A stretch of DNA of 42,249 nucleotides from Actinomycetes bacterium (GCA_036499185.1 DASYEF010000043.1:1-42249), one strand, 5' to 3'. Counted from the first letter of the stretch, positions 16,780-25,748 are shown. Translations and numbers: made by a program. Notes: generated from the sequence alone by a model not told the origin.

Positions 16780-18018
16780 GTGCTGTTCGTGGGAGACGAC
16801 TGGGCCGAGGACCACCACGACGTGGAGATCGTCGACGAGGCGGGTCATCGGCTGTCGAGGGCTCGGTTGCCGGAGGGCATCGAGGGCATCGCTCGGCTGC
16901 ATGGGTTGCTGGCTGAGCACGCGCCGCCGGAGTGGGAGCAGCTGGAGCCCGCCGATGCTGCGGGCCGGGTGCTGGTCGGGATCGAGACCGACCGCGGCCC
17001 GTGGGTGCAGGCGCTGGTCGCCGCGGGCTACGCCGTCCTGGCGATCAACCCGATGTCGGTGGCCCGCTACCGAGAACGGCACTCCACTTCCGGCGCCAAG
17101 TCCGACGCCGGGGACGCGCACGTGTTGGCCGAGATCGTGCGCCTGGACCGGGATCATCACCGCCGGCTGGCCGGTGACAGTGACCTGGCCGAGGCGATCA
17201 AGCTGCTGGCCCGGACCCATCAGACGCTGATCTGGGACCGCCAGCGGCAGGTGTTGCGGCTGCGGGCGTTGCTGCGGGAGTTCTTCCCCGCCGCGCTGAG
17301 CGCGTTCCCGGACCTGACCGCGCCGGACGCCCTCGAGCTGCTGTCCCGGGCGCCGGGTCCGGGCCCGGCCGGGAGGCTGTCGACCACCACGATCGCCGGC
17401 GCGATGCGCCGGGCCCGCCGTCGTGACGTCGAGACCAAGGCCCCGGCGTTGCGCAGCCTGCTGCGCGCGCCCGCCCTGCGCCAGCCGCCGGTGGTCGAGG
17501 ACGCCTATGCCGCCTCGGTGCAGGCGCTGCTGCCGCTGATCGCGGTGCTGAACACCCAGATCGGCCAACTTGAAGGGCAGGTCGGTGAGCATTTTGGCCG
17601 GCACCCGGCCGCTGAGGTGATCACCAGCCAGCCCGGTCTCGGTGTCATCCTCGGCGCCCGGGTGCTCGCCGAGTTCGGCGACGACCCCGACCGCTACGCC
17701 GACGCCCGCGCGCGCAAGAACTACTCCGGGCAGTCCCCGATCACCCGAGCCTCGGGCACCAAGAAAGTCGTCCTGGCCCGCTACGCGCGCAACCATCGCC
17801 TCGCCGACGCCCTGCACCAGCAGGCGTTCTGCGCGCTGACCGCCTCACCCGGCGCCCGCGCCTACTACGACGCTCTGCGTGCCCGCGGCAAAGGACACCA
17901 CACCGCGCTGCGCCAGCTCGCCAACCGACTCGTCGGCATCCTGCACGGCTGCCTACACACCGGCATCCCCTACGACGAACACCAAGCCTGGCCCTCCGCC
18001 AGCGACCTCGTCGCTTGA
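16780..18018 (+). CDS. IS110 family transposase (DEDD-type recombinase)
   Basis: VLFVGDDWAEDHHDVEIVDEAGHRLSRARLPEGIEGIARLHGLLAEH is the N-terminal RuvC-like domain. QPGLGVILGARVLAEFGDDPDRYADARARKNYSGQSPITRASGTKKVVLARYARNHRLADALHQQAF is the C-terminal Transposase_20-like domain. GTG 16780 follows AGAGAGG. Confidence 0.9.
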   Translation: MLFVGDDWAEDHHDVEIVDEAGHRLSRARLPEGIEGIARLHGLLAEHAPPEWEQLEPADAAGRVLVGIETDRGPWVQALVAAGYAVLAINPMSVARYRERHSTSGAKSDAGDAHVLAEIVRLDRDHHRRLAGDSDLAEAIKLLARTHQTLIWDRQRQVLRLRALLREFFPAALSAFPDLTAPDALELLSRAPGPGPAGRLSTTTIAGAMRRARRRDVETKAPALRSLLRAPALRQPPVVEDAYAASVQALLPLIAVLNTQIGQLEGQVGEHFGRHPAAEVITSQPGLGVILGARVLAEFGDDPDRYADARARKNYSGQSPITRASGTKKVVLARYARNHRLADALHQQAFCALTASPGARAYYDALRARGKGHHTALRQLANRLVGILHGCLHTGIPYDEHQAWPSASDLVA

Positions 18019-18040
18019 CCCGTCAGCACCTGGGATGTCT

Positions 18041-18128
18041 GACCGCGCCACCAACGGCGGGACGCCGGCATGAGAGGGGTCCTCCCCTCCAAAGCCGCCG
18101 TTGACCTAACGCGCGCCGTTGACAACGG
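18041..18128. repeat. right-hand (inverted) copy of the about 72-bp repeat unit flanking the IS
   Basis: The reverse complement of 18047-18128 aligns with 16259-16335: gtcaacggcgcgcgttaggtcaacggcggctttgg... versus gtcgacggggcgcgctcaggtcaacggcggcttcgg... Confidence 0.7.
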
Positions 18129-18149
18129 GGAGTCGCGCCGGCCTCACCC

Positions 18150-19010
18150 TCAGGCCCGCGCCGCGAGCACGGCGTCGTAGAGGTCCTTGCGCGAGACGGC
18201 GTGCCGCTCGGCCACCGCCGCGGTGGCGTCCTTGAGCCGGGTCCCCGACCCGACAAGCGCCTCCACCTCGCCGACAAGGTCGGCCGCCGCCAGCCCCTCA
18301 GCCGCGGGTGCGCCGGCGACGACGACGGTCACCTCGCCGCGTACGCCGTCGGCGGCCCAGGCCGCGAGCTCGCCCAGCGGTCCTCGGCGTACCTCCTCGT
18401 AGGTCTTGGTGAGCTCCCGGCAGACCACGGCCGCGCGGTCGGCACCGAGCGCCTCGGCCATCGCAGCCAGCGACGCGGCCAGCCGGTGCGGCGCCTCGAA
18501 GAACACCGTCGTGCGCGGCTCGCCGGCCAGCTCGGCGAGCCGCCGGGCCCGCTCGCCGGCCTTGCGGGGCAGGAAGCCCTCGAAGCAGAACCGGTCGACC
18601 GGCAGACCGGAGAGGGCCAGCGCGGTCAGGACGGCCGACGGCCCGGGCACCGCGGTCACCCGTACGCCGGCGGCCACCGCCGCCGCTACGAGCCGGTAAC
18701 CCGGGTCGGAGACCGACGGCATCCCGGCATCGGTCACGAGCAGCACGCGCGCGCCGCCGACCAGGGCCTCGACCAGCTCGGGGGTGCGCGACAACTCGTT
18801 CTGGTCGAAGTAGGAGACCACCCGGCTCGGCACCTCGATGCCCAGGTCGCGGGCCAGCCGGCGCAGCCGCCGGGTGTCCTCGGCGGCCACCACGTCCGCC
18901 CCTGCAAGCTCGGCCACCAGCCGCGGCGAGGCGTCGGCCGGGTCACCGATCGGCGTACCGGCCAGGACCAGCAGACCGGACGGCACCTTGGCGTCGCTCA
19001 CGCGGGCCAT
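18150..19010 (-). CDS. rsmI: 16S rRNA (cytidine1402-2'-O)-methyltransferase
   Basis: [39 protein letters not shown]...[18 protein letters not shown] is the tetrapyrrole-methylase-fold RsmI signature. ATG 19008-19010 is directly preceded by GGGGAGG. Confidence 0.9.
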   Translation of the reverse strand: MARVSDAKVPSGLLVLAGTPIGDPADASPRLVAELAGADVVAAEDTRRLRRLARDLGIEVPSRVVSYFDQNELSRTPELVEALVGGARVLLVTDAGMPSVSDPGYRLVAAAVAAGVRVTAVPGPSAVLTALALSGLPVDRFCFEGFLPRKAGERARRLAELAGEPRTTVFFEAPHRLAASLAAMAEALGADRAAVVCRELTKTYEEVRRGPLGELAAWAADGVRGEVTVVVAGAPAAEGLAAADLVGEVEALVGSGTRLKDATAAVAERHAVSRKDLYDAVLAARA

Positions 19011-19042
19011 CCTCCCCCAGGTCACCTGCGTACCCTGGCCGC

Positions 19043-20608
19043 GTGCTGCAGCCGACCCTCGACCGACTGCGGGCCCGGGAGCGGCTGACCCCGCCGATGC
19101 CCGAGGACGGCATCTGGGGCTGGATCGCGCCGCTGCTCATCGCGGCGGTCGGCGGGGTCCTGCGGTTCTGGCGGCTCGGCACGCCCCACGCGTTCATCTT
19201 CGACGAGACCTACTACGCCAAGGACGCCTGGTCGCTGCTGCACTTCGGTGTCGAGCAGAACTACATCTCCGCCGCCAAAGGCAAACCCGACCCGGCCAAC
19301 GCCAAGATCCTGGCGGGCAACCTGCACGGGCTCTGGACGGGTGACCCCTCCTACGTCGTCCACCCGCCGCTGGGCAAGTGGATGATCGCGGTCGGGGAGA
19401 GGCTGTTCGGCTTCACGCCGTTCGGCTGGCGGTTCATGGTCGCGCTGACCGGCACACTGGCGATCCTGATGACCGCCCGCATCGGGCGGCGGCTGTTCCG
19501 TTCCACGCTGCTCGGCTGCGTGGCCGGGCTGCTGCTGACGGTGGACGGCATGGAGTACGTGCACAGCCGCACCGCGCTGCTCGACCCGCTGCTGATGTTC
19601 TGGGTGCTGGCCGCCTTCGGCGCACTGCTCATCGACCGCGACCGCAGCCGTGCGCGGCTGGCCGAGGCGCTCGACGCCGTCGCCGGATCCCGGTTCGGCC
19701 CGAGCCTCGGCTGGCGACCCTGGCGGCTGCTGGCCGGCGTCTGCCTCGGCGCGGCCTGCGCCACCAAGTGGAGCGGGCTGTACTTCGTCGCGGTCTTCGG
19801 CCTGATGGCCCTGTTGTGGGACATGGGCGCCCGGCGCACCGCCGGCGTCCGTCGCCCCTGGGGCGGTGCGATCGTCAAGGACGCCGCGCCCGCCTTCGTC
19901 TCCCTGGTTGTCGTCGCGTTTGCGGTCTACCTCGCGTCCTGGACCGGGTGGTTCCTCGGCGGCGACCACGCCTACCTGCGCTACTGGGCCAAGGACAACC
20001 CCGGCCCACGGTTCATCCCGGACGCGCTGTGGAGCCTGATGCACTACCACCACGAGGCGTGGGAGTTCCACACGCACCTCACGACCTTCCACCCCTACCG
20101 CTCGAACCCGTGGGGCTGGCTGGTGCTCGCCCGGCCGGTGTCCTACTACTACGAAGGGCCCACGCTCGGTCACGACGGGTGCGCGGTCCAGACCTGCTCG
20201 TCGGCGGTCACGGCGCTCGGTACGCCGGCGATCTGGTGGGCCGCCTGCCTGGCGCTGCCCGTGCTGGTGTTCCTCTGGGGGGCCCGTCGCGACTGGCGGG
20301 CCGGCGCGATCCTCTCCGGCGTGCTCGCCGGGTGGGTCCCGTGGTTCTTCTTCCAGCAGCGCACCGTCTACTCGTTCTACGCGGTCGCCTTCGTGCCCTT
20401 CCTCGTCCTCGCCGTGACCATGTGCCTCGGCCTGGTGCTCGGCCCGCCGGATGCCAGCGCCCGCCGGAGACAGTGGGGCGCCGCCGCCGCAGGCGCCTAC
20501 CTGTTGCTCGCCGTCGCGAACTTCGCCTGGCTGCTGCCGGTGCTGTCCGCGAAGGTCATCCCGTACGCCGACTGGGCCCATCGGATGTGGTGGAAGTCCT
20601 GGATCTGA
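19043..20608 (+). CDS. pmt: dolichyl/polyprenyl-phosphate-mannose--protein O-mannosyltransferase
   Basis: [26 protein letters not shown], with DE in loop 1, in a multi-TM protein of about 520 aa. Divergent from rsmI as in mycobacteria. GTG 19043; alternative ATG 19097. Confidence 0.9.
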   Translation: MLQPTLDRLRARERLTPPMPEDGIWGWIAPLLIAAVGGVLRFWRLGTPHAFIFDETYYAKDAWSLLHFGVEQNYISAAKGKPDPANAKILAGNLHGLWTGDPSYVVHPPLGKWMIAVGERLFGFTPFGWRFMVALTGTLAILMTARIGRRLFRSTLLGCVAGLLLTVDGMEYVHSRTALLDPLLMFWVLAAFGALLIDRDRSRARLAEALDAVAGSRFGPSLGWRPWRLLAGVCLGAACATKWSGLYFVAVFGLMALLWDMGARRTAGVRRPWGGAIVKDAAPAFVSLVVVAFAVYLASWTGWFLGGDHAYLRYWAKDNPGPRFIPDALWSLMHYHHEAWEFHTHLTTFHPYRSNPWGWLVLARPVSYYYEGPTLGHDGCAVQTCSSAVTALGTPAIWWAACLALPVLVFLWGARRDWRAGAILSGVLAGWVPWFFFQQRTVYSFYAVAFVPFLVLAVTMCLGLVLGPPDASARRRQWGAAAAGAYLLLAVANFAWLLPVLSAKVIPYADWAHRMWWKSWI

Positions 20609-20712
20609 GCCCGCGACCAGCGGGACCTGAGGACAGCCACCGGGATCTGGCCGGCCGCCCGGGCTTGCCGGTCCACCCGCGCGGGTAGTCGTCACCCCGG
20701 AGGAGGTGGCGG

Positions 20713-21687
20713 GTGGCGTCGGAGAGCAAGCGCACGGTGATCGTCGCCTTCGCGGCCAACATCGCCATCGCGGGCGCCAAGCTGGTCGCCGGCCTGGTCA
20801 GCGGCTCGAGCTCGATGCTCGCCGAGGCGGCCCACTCCTTCGCCGACACCCTCAACCAGGTCTTCCTGCTCACCAGCTTCAAGGCGGCCGACCGCCCGGC
20901 GGACCGCGTGCACCCGTTCGGCTACGGCAAGGCGCAGTTCTTCTGGTCGCTGCTCGCCGCCGTCGGCATCTTCGTGGCGGGCTCGGTCTTCTCGATCTAC
21001 GACGGCGTGCACACCATCCTCGGCGGCGGCGAAGCGGTCGGGATCCTGCTGCCGTTCCTCGTGCTCGGGGTGTCATTCCTCGCGGAGGGCACCAGCTGGC
21101 TGCGGGCCGTGATGCAGCTCCGGCGCGAGGCCCGCGTCGACGGGCGGTCCTTCGCGTCGCACGTGCGGGCCAGCAAGGACCCCAGCGTCAAGACCGTGCT
21201 CGCCGAGGACAGCGCCGCGCTGGTCGGGTTGGTGCTGGCCGCGGTCGGCGTCGGCCTGCATCACGCGACCGGCCACGCGGCCTGGGACGGCGCCGCAGCA
21301 GTCGCCATCGGCCTGCTCCTGGCCTACGTCGCCTTCGTCCTGGGGCGGGACAATGCCGAGCTGCTCATCGGCGAGACGGCCGAACCGGACCTCGTCGTGG
21401 ACGTGCACGACCGGCTCCGCGCGCACGACGAGGTCACCGACGTCGTCGAGCTGCTGACCATGCACCTCGGGCCGGCCTCGGTGCTCGTGGCGGCCCGGAT
21501 CGACCTCACCGACTCGCTCACCGGAGCCGAGGTCGAGGCCTTCAGCGAGCGTGCCGACCGCGAGCTGCGCGAGGCGCACCCGGAGATCACCCAGGTCTTC
21601 CTCGACGCCACCCGGCCCGACCCGGCGCTCGCCGAGCGGACGGCCGTCCACGTCGATCGGCTGCGGACCGGAGACGCGGCCGCCTGA
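20713..21687 (+). CDS. cation diffusion facilitator (CDF) family transporter
   Basis: AFAANIAIAGAKLVAGLVSGSSSMLAEAAHSFADTLNQVFLL is the TM1-2 signature. A C-terminal cytoplasmic domain is present. GTG 20713 follows GGAGGAGG. Confidence 0.9.
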   Translation: MASESKRTVIVAFAANIAIAGAKLVAGLVSGSSSMLAEAAHSFADTLNQVFLLTSFKAADRPADRVHPFGYGKAQFFWSLLAAVGIFVAGSVFSIYDGVHTILGGGEAVGILLPFLVLGVSFLAEGTSWLRAVMQLRREARVDGRSFASHVRASKDPSVKTVLAEDSAALVGLVLAAVGVGLHHATGHAAWDGAAAVAIGLLLAYVAFVLGRDNAELLIGETAEPDLVVDVHDRLRAHDEVTDVVELLTMHLGPASVLVAARIDLTDSLTGAEVEAFSERADRELREAHPEITQVFLDATRPDPALAERTAVHVDRLRTGDAAA

Positions 21688-21705
21688 GCAGGCCGAGGAG
21701 TCCGG

Positions 21706-22158
21706 TCAGGTGCGCGGGTGTTCTGCGGCCCGCAGGCGGGCCGCCATCACGCGCAGCATCGGGACCGCCACCTCGGGGTGGGCCTCGAGGAGCTCGTTGA
21801 ACGTCCACTTGGCCAGGCCCAGCGTCGTCATGCCGTCCTCGCCGGCGACCACGTCGGCCGAGCGGGGCTTGCCGTCGATGAGGGACAGCTCGCCGAAGTA
21901 GTCGCCAGGGCCGAGGCGCGCGTGCTCGACCCCGTCGACGCTGGCGACCGCTCCCCCGGTGAGCACCACGTGCATCTCGACGCCTTTGGACGAGAACGAC
22001 CGGAAGCCGCTGACCTCCTCGCCCTCGGAGAGAACCTTCTCGCCGGCGGCGAAGGTCTCCTCGCGCCCGGCGTCGGCGATGCGCTGCAGCAGCTTGCGGT
22101 TGAGGCCGTGGAACAGGTCGACCTTCTCCAGGACCGGGACGAGGTCGTCAGAACCCAT
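21706..22158 (-). CDS. stand-alone cyclic-nucleotide-binding (cNMP) domain protein
   Basis: LFHGLNRKLLQRIADAGREETFAAGEKVLSEGE...GDYFGELSLIDGKPRSADVVA is the cNMP-binding signature. No DNA-binding domain follows it. ATG 22156-22158 has an upstream GGAGG. Confidence 0.8.
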   Translation of the reverse strand: MGSDDLVPVLEKVDLFHGLNRKLLQRIADAGREETFAAGEKVLSEGEEVSGFRSFSSKGVEMHVVLTGGAVASVDGVEHARLGPGDYFGELSLIDGKPRSADVVAGEDGMTTLGLAKWTFNELLEAHPEVAVPMLRVMAARLRAAEHPRT

Positions 22159-22236
22159 GGTCGCCTCCATGCGGCAGGACTCGGTGCGCCGCAATCTAGA
22201 GGTCACCCGGTGCGCGCGTCGCCCGCGGCCGGGCCA

Positions 22237-22255
22237 GACGACGGATTCCGTCGTC
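22237..22255. promoter_or_regulatory. 19-nt perfect palindrome GACGACGGATTCCGTCGTC in a divergent promoter region
   Basis: Seen directly at 22237-22255, between the cNMP-domain gene (minus) and the GNAT gene (plus). Confidence 0.35.
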
Positions 22256-22342
22256 GTCAATGGGTGGGAACCGCCGCAACCCCGGCGCGGTCATGGTGCC
22301 CTCCCGGCGTACCGGATGTGAGGCCGACCTCGGGCGCCTGGC

Positions 22343-22903
22343 ATGCTCAGCCAGGTGCTGGAGCTGTGGCCCGACGATGGCCCCGTCCTCGTCGCGCGTG
22401 ACGGCCTGGTGCTGCGCGAGTGGCGGGCCTCGGACGTGCCGGTGATGGTCGAGCTGTTCGACACCGCAGAAATCGACCGGTGGACGCCGCTGCCGTCACC
22501 GTTCGACGAGGCCGCCGCGACCGCGTACGTGGAGCGCGCCCACCGGGCCCGGGCCGAGGGCACTCTCCAGCTCGCCATCACCGAGGACGGTGAGCGTCCG
22601 CTGGGCGAGGTGCTCGTGTTCCCCGGCGGCACCGAGCGCACAGTGGAGATCGCGTACGCCGTCGGGGCGGACCACCGCGGCCGGGGCCTGGCCGTGCGCA
22701 GCGTGCTCGCCGTCCTGGACCTCGCGGCTGCGGCCGGCGCCACCATGGCTCGCGCGACGATCGCGGTCGACAACGCCCCGAGCGAGCGGGTCGCCCTCGC
22801 TGCCGACTTCCGGCGTGGCGACGTCCCGCTGGTCGACCGCAGCCGCAAGGGCTACCGCCTGACGGTGGCCACCTGGGTCCGCAGCCTGACCCCGCCGCAC
22901 TGA
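22343..22903 (+). CDS. GNAT family N-acetyltransferase (RimJ/RimL-like)
   Basis: LVLREWRASDVPVMVELF...EIAYAVGADHRGRGLAVRSV... is the acetyl-CoA binding R-G-x-G motif region. Confidence 0.85.
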   Translation: MLSQVLELWPDDGPVLVARDGLVLREWRASDVPVMVELFDTAEIDRWTPLPSPFDEAAATAYVERAHRARAEGTLQLAITEDGERPLGEVLVFPGGTERTVEIAYAVGADHRGRGLAVRSVLAVLDLAAAAGATMARATIAVDNAPSERVALAADFRRGDVPLVDRSRKGYRLTVATWVRSLTPPH

Positions 22904-23043
22904 GCCACGTCGCCACCGGGTGCCGCGCCGCGCCGGCTACCTGCCAGCAAAGGTCACGCTGTCGGCCTCGACGCCGCGTGGGCGGCGGCTACCTTCGCAG
23001 AGGGAGACCGGCGGGTCCGCCCGAGATCGAGGGGGACGGGGTC

Positions 23044-23538
23044 ATGGGTCGCATCGCGTTGGTCATCTTCTTGCTGCCCTTGGCTTTGCTGGTCGTGCCC
23101 AGCTCGGCCATGGCAGGCGTGTCGTGCCACACCGTCACCGCGACCGGCACGGGGAGCGGAGCACCGGCACGGCCGGGCGACCCGCCGAACCTCGTCCGTA
23201 CCCAGGCCCGGCTCGCCGATGCCGGGCTGCTCCAAGGGACGACCGCCGCTGCCTTCACCATCACGGGCCTCACAAGCACCGGCTTCACCTTCGCCGGCCC
23301 GATCACGGTGTCGGCCAACCGCGGGAACGTCACCCTCGACCTCACCGGAACACTGGACGTGACGACCGGCCAGTTCAGTGGGACCGGCCCGGTCGTGGCC
23401 TCGACCGGCAAGCTGTCCGGCGCCACCGGGACCCTCACGCTCGCCGGCGTGCAGGACCTGACCGACCCGGCCGGCAGCTTCACCGAGGTGGTGACGGGAT
23501 CGGTCTGCGTCGACCTCGCGGGCAACGGCAGGTCCTAA
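23044..23538 (+). CDS. secreted hypothetical protein (signal peptide, Thr/Gly-rich beta-type sequence, 2 Cys)
   Basis: MGRIALVIFLLPLALLVVPSSAMA signal peptide follows GAGGGGGA. The mature part has Cys near each end. I recognise no family. Confidence 0.6.
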   Translation: MGRIALVIFLLPLALLVVPSSAMAGVSCHTVTATGTGSGAPARPGDPPNLVRTQARLADAGLLQGTTAAAFTITGLTSTGFTFAGPITVSANRGNVTLDLTGTLDVTTGQFSGTGPVVASTGKLSGATGTLTLAGVQDLTDPAGSFTEVVTGSVCVDLAGNGRS

Positions 23539-23698
23539 GGACACCTGGCCCACAGTCTCGTCCACCGCCGGTCCCCGTTTCCGGAGGGCATCGCGGTTCC
23601 GGACGCAGATTGTCCGGGACCGGCGCTAGCGTGCCCGCCGCGGGCACGGTCCGTCGTACCCGCGGACGGTCGGCAGCACGACCAGGACGGGGTGACCG

Positions 23699-24514
23699 AT
23701 GGCAGAGCCAGCAGAGGCGCAGGAGTTCGACGATGTGCGGATGCGCGGGTCCACGTTCCGCGAAGTCGACCTGTCCGGGGCTCGGTTCCACAGCGTGTAC
23801 CTGCTGGACACCGAGTTCCGCGACGTGATGTTCGGACGGGTCAAGATGCGCGGCGTCGAGCTGATGGACGTCGACATCACCGGCGACATCTCGAACCTGA
23901 CCATCAACGGCGTGGACGTCGCCCCGTTGATCGACGCCGAGCTCGACCGGCGCTATCCAGACCTGGCCAAGATGCGCCCGAGCGACCCGGCCGGGTTCCG
24001 CGAGGCGTGGGCCGTGCTCGAGCGGCTGTGGGCCGGGACGGTCGACCGAGCCCGCGGCATGGACCCGGCCCTGCTGCACGAGTCGGTCGACGGTGAGTGG
24101 TCGTTCGTCGAGACGCTGCGCCACCTGGCGTTTGCGACCGACGCCTGGATCAGGCGGGGGATCCTCGGCGACCCGGCGCCGTGGGACCCGCTGGACCTGC
24201 CGTGGGACGAGATGCCGGAGACCCCGGGCGTGCCCCGTGATCGCGGGGTCCGGCCGTCGCTCGACACGGTGCTCGAGCTCCGCCGGGACCGGGTGGCCGG
24301 CGTACGCGACTTCCTCGACGGCCTCACCGATGAGTCGCTGGCCGCCGACACCGAGCCGGTCGAAGGCCCCGGCTGGCCGCAGTCGCGCAGCTACCCGGTG
24401 CGGCAGTGCCTGCTGGTCGTCCTCAACGAGGAGTGGTGGCACCGCATGTTCGCCGAACGCGACCTGGACGCCCTGGATCGTTCGAGGGAGTCGATTGAGG
24501 AGCGTGTCGGGTGA
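23699..24514 (+). CDS. pentapeptide-repeat / DinB-family fusion protein
   Basis: The N-terminus FREVDLSGARFHSVYLLDTEFRDVMFGRVKMRGVELMDVDITG is pentapeptide-like. The C-terminus WSFVETLRHLAFATDAWI...EEWWHRMFAERDL is DinB/DinB_2-like four-helix-bundle histidines. Confidence 0.75.
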   Translation: MAEPAEAQEFDDVRMRGSTFREVDLSGARFHSVYLLDTEFRDVMFGRVKMRGVELMDVDITGDISNLTINGVDVAPLIDAELDRRYPDLAKMRPSDPAGFREAWAVLERLWAGTVDRARGMDPALLHESVDGEWSFVETLRHLAFATDAWIRRGILGDPAPWDPLDLPWDEMPETPGVPRDRGVRPSLDTVLELRRDRVAGVRDFLDGLTDESLAADTEPVEGPGWPQSRSYPVRQCLLVVLNEEWWHRMFAERDLDALDRSRESIEERVG

Positions 24515-25083
24515 CCGATGTTGTCCTGTTCCACCACATCCAGGGCCTGACGCCCGGGGTCGTCGCGTTCGCCGACCGGCTCCGCGCGCGCGGCCACACC
24601 GTCCACACGCCGGACCTGCTCGAGGGGCGCACCTTCCCCACGATCGAGGAGGGCGAGGCGCACGTCCGCGCGCTGGGCTTCGACACGGTCTTCGCCCGCG
24701 GCGTCGAGGCGGCCGAGGCGCTCCCGGCCGAGGCCGTCTACGCCGGGATCTCGCTCGGCGTCGGCCCGGCCCAGCAGCTGGCCCAGAACCGGCCCGGCGC
24801 GGCGGGTGCGCTGATCCTGTGCGCGTTCATGGACCCGGCGGAGTTCGGGGGTTGGCCCGAGGGGCTTCCCGCCCAGATCCACGGGATGGACAACGACCCG
24901 TACTTCGCCGGCGAGGGCGACCTCGACGCCGCGAGCGGGTTCGCCGAGCAGACGAAGGACGCCGAGCTGTTCGTCTATCCGGGTGACGGTCACCTGTTCA
25001 TGGACAGCTCGGTCGACGGGTACGACGAGAAGGCCGCCGCGCTCCTCACCGAGCGGGTGCTCGTCTTCCTCGACCGGGTCTAG
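24511..25083 (+). CDS. dienelactone hydrolase family protein (paralog 1)
   Basis: VVLFHHIQGLTPGVVAFADRLRARGHTVHTPDL...GISLG...IHGMDNDPYF...YPGDGHLF is alpha/beta-hydrolase DLH-like. GTG overlaps the upstream stop (GTGA). Confidence 0.8.
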   Translation: MTDVVLFHHIQGLTPGVVAFADRLRARGHTVHTPDLLEGRTFPTIEEGEAHVRALGFDTVFARGVEAAEALPAEAVYAGISLGVGPAQQLAQNRPGAAGALILCAFMDPAEFGGWPEGLPAQIHGMDNDPYFAGEGDLDAASGFAEQTKDAELFVYPGDGHLFMDSSVDGYDEKAAALLTERVLVFLDRV

Positions 25084-25130
25084 GCAGCCGAGCCGACAAC
25101 GCCAACCACCGCTATCACGAGGGGACAGTC

Positions 25131-25703
25131 ATGACCGAGGTTCTCCTGCTGCACCACATCCAGGGCCTGACGCCCGGAGTCGTCGCGTTCGCCGACGAGC
25201 TGCGCGCGGCCGGGCACACCGTGCACACGCCCGACTTGTTCGAGGGTCGCACCTTCGCCAGCATCCCCGAGGGTGAGGCGTTCGTCGGAGAGATCGGCAT
25301 GGACGCGATGCGCGAGCGCGGTGTGGCCACCGCCGAGGGACTGCCCGACGAGCTGGTCTACACCGGAATGTCGCTGGGCGTGGTCAGCGCCCAGCAGCTG
25401 GCCCAGACCCGCCCGGGTGCCCGGGGCGCGCTGTTCCTGTACTCGTGCGTACCCACGGAGTACTTCGGCGGGTGGCCAGCCGGCGTCCCGGTCCAGATCC
25501 ACGGGATGGACAACGACCCGATCTTCATCGGCGAGGGCGACGTCGACGCGGCCCGCGCACTCGTCAAGGAGGCCGAGGACGCGGAGCTCTTCCTCTACCC
25601 GGGCGACCAGCACTACTTCGCCGACAGCTCGCTGGCGACGTACGACGAGAAGGCCGCCACCCTGGTCACCGAGCGCGCCCTCGCGTTCCTCGCCCGCGTC
25701 TAG
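25131..25703 (+). CDS. dienelactone hydrolase family protein (paralog 2)
   Basis: Same length as paralog 1 (190 aa), gapless, and by eye roughly two-thirds identical to it. ATG follows GAGGGGA. Confidence 0.8.
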   Translation: MTEVLLLHHIQGLTPGVVAFADELRAAGHTVHTPDLFEGRTFASIPEGEAFVGEIGMDAMRERGVATAEGLPDELVYTGMSLGVVSAQQLAQTRPGARGALFLYSCVPTEYFGGWPAGVPVQIHGMDNDPIFIGEGDVDAARALVKEAEDAELFLYPGDQHYFADSSLATYDEKAATLVTERALAFLARV

Positions 25704-25710
25704 GACATGG

Positions 25711-25748
25711 CAACGAGTCCGACGTCCACTGAGACGTCGAACTCGTTG
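25711..25748. terminator. long stem-loop between convergent genes (candidate bidirectional terminator)
   Basis: caacgagtccgacgtc (25711-25726) / gacgtcgaactcgttg (25733-25748). 16-bp stem with one mismatch, loop cactga. Confidence 0.6.

Larger units (their letters stand above)
16542..18040 (+). mobile_element. IS110-family insertion sequence, about 1499 bp, apparently intact
   Basis: Contains an IS110-type transposase, a long left non-coding end (238 nt) and a short right end (22 nt). CT is present at both junctions (16540-16541 and 18039-18040). Joining the flanks restores TTGACCTGACCGCGCC, 15/16 identical to the sister repeat copy TTGACCTGAGCGCGCC (reverse complement of 16267-16282). Confidence 0.8.

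Noticed and set aside
19022-20695. 557-aa minus-strand ORF and 436-aa plus-strand ORF overlapping pmt
   Set aside because: These are antisense or off-frame to the membrane O-mannosyltransferase, whose frame has clear family motifs. Their compositions are Arg/Pro/Gly junk.
22933-23003. Direct repeat cggctacct(g/t)c..ag..agg upstream of the secreted-protein gene
   Set aside because: Only about 12 of 19 positions match between the two copies, and there is no symmetry or third copy. This is too weak to call a regulatory element.
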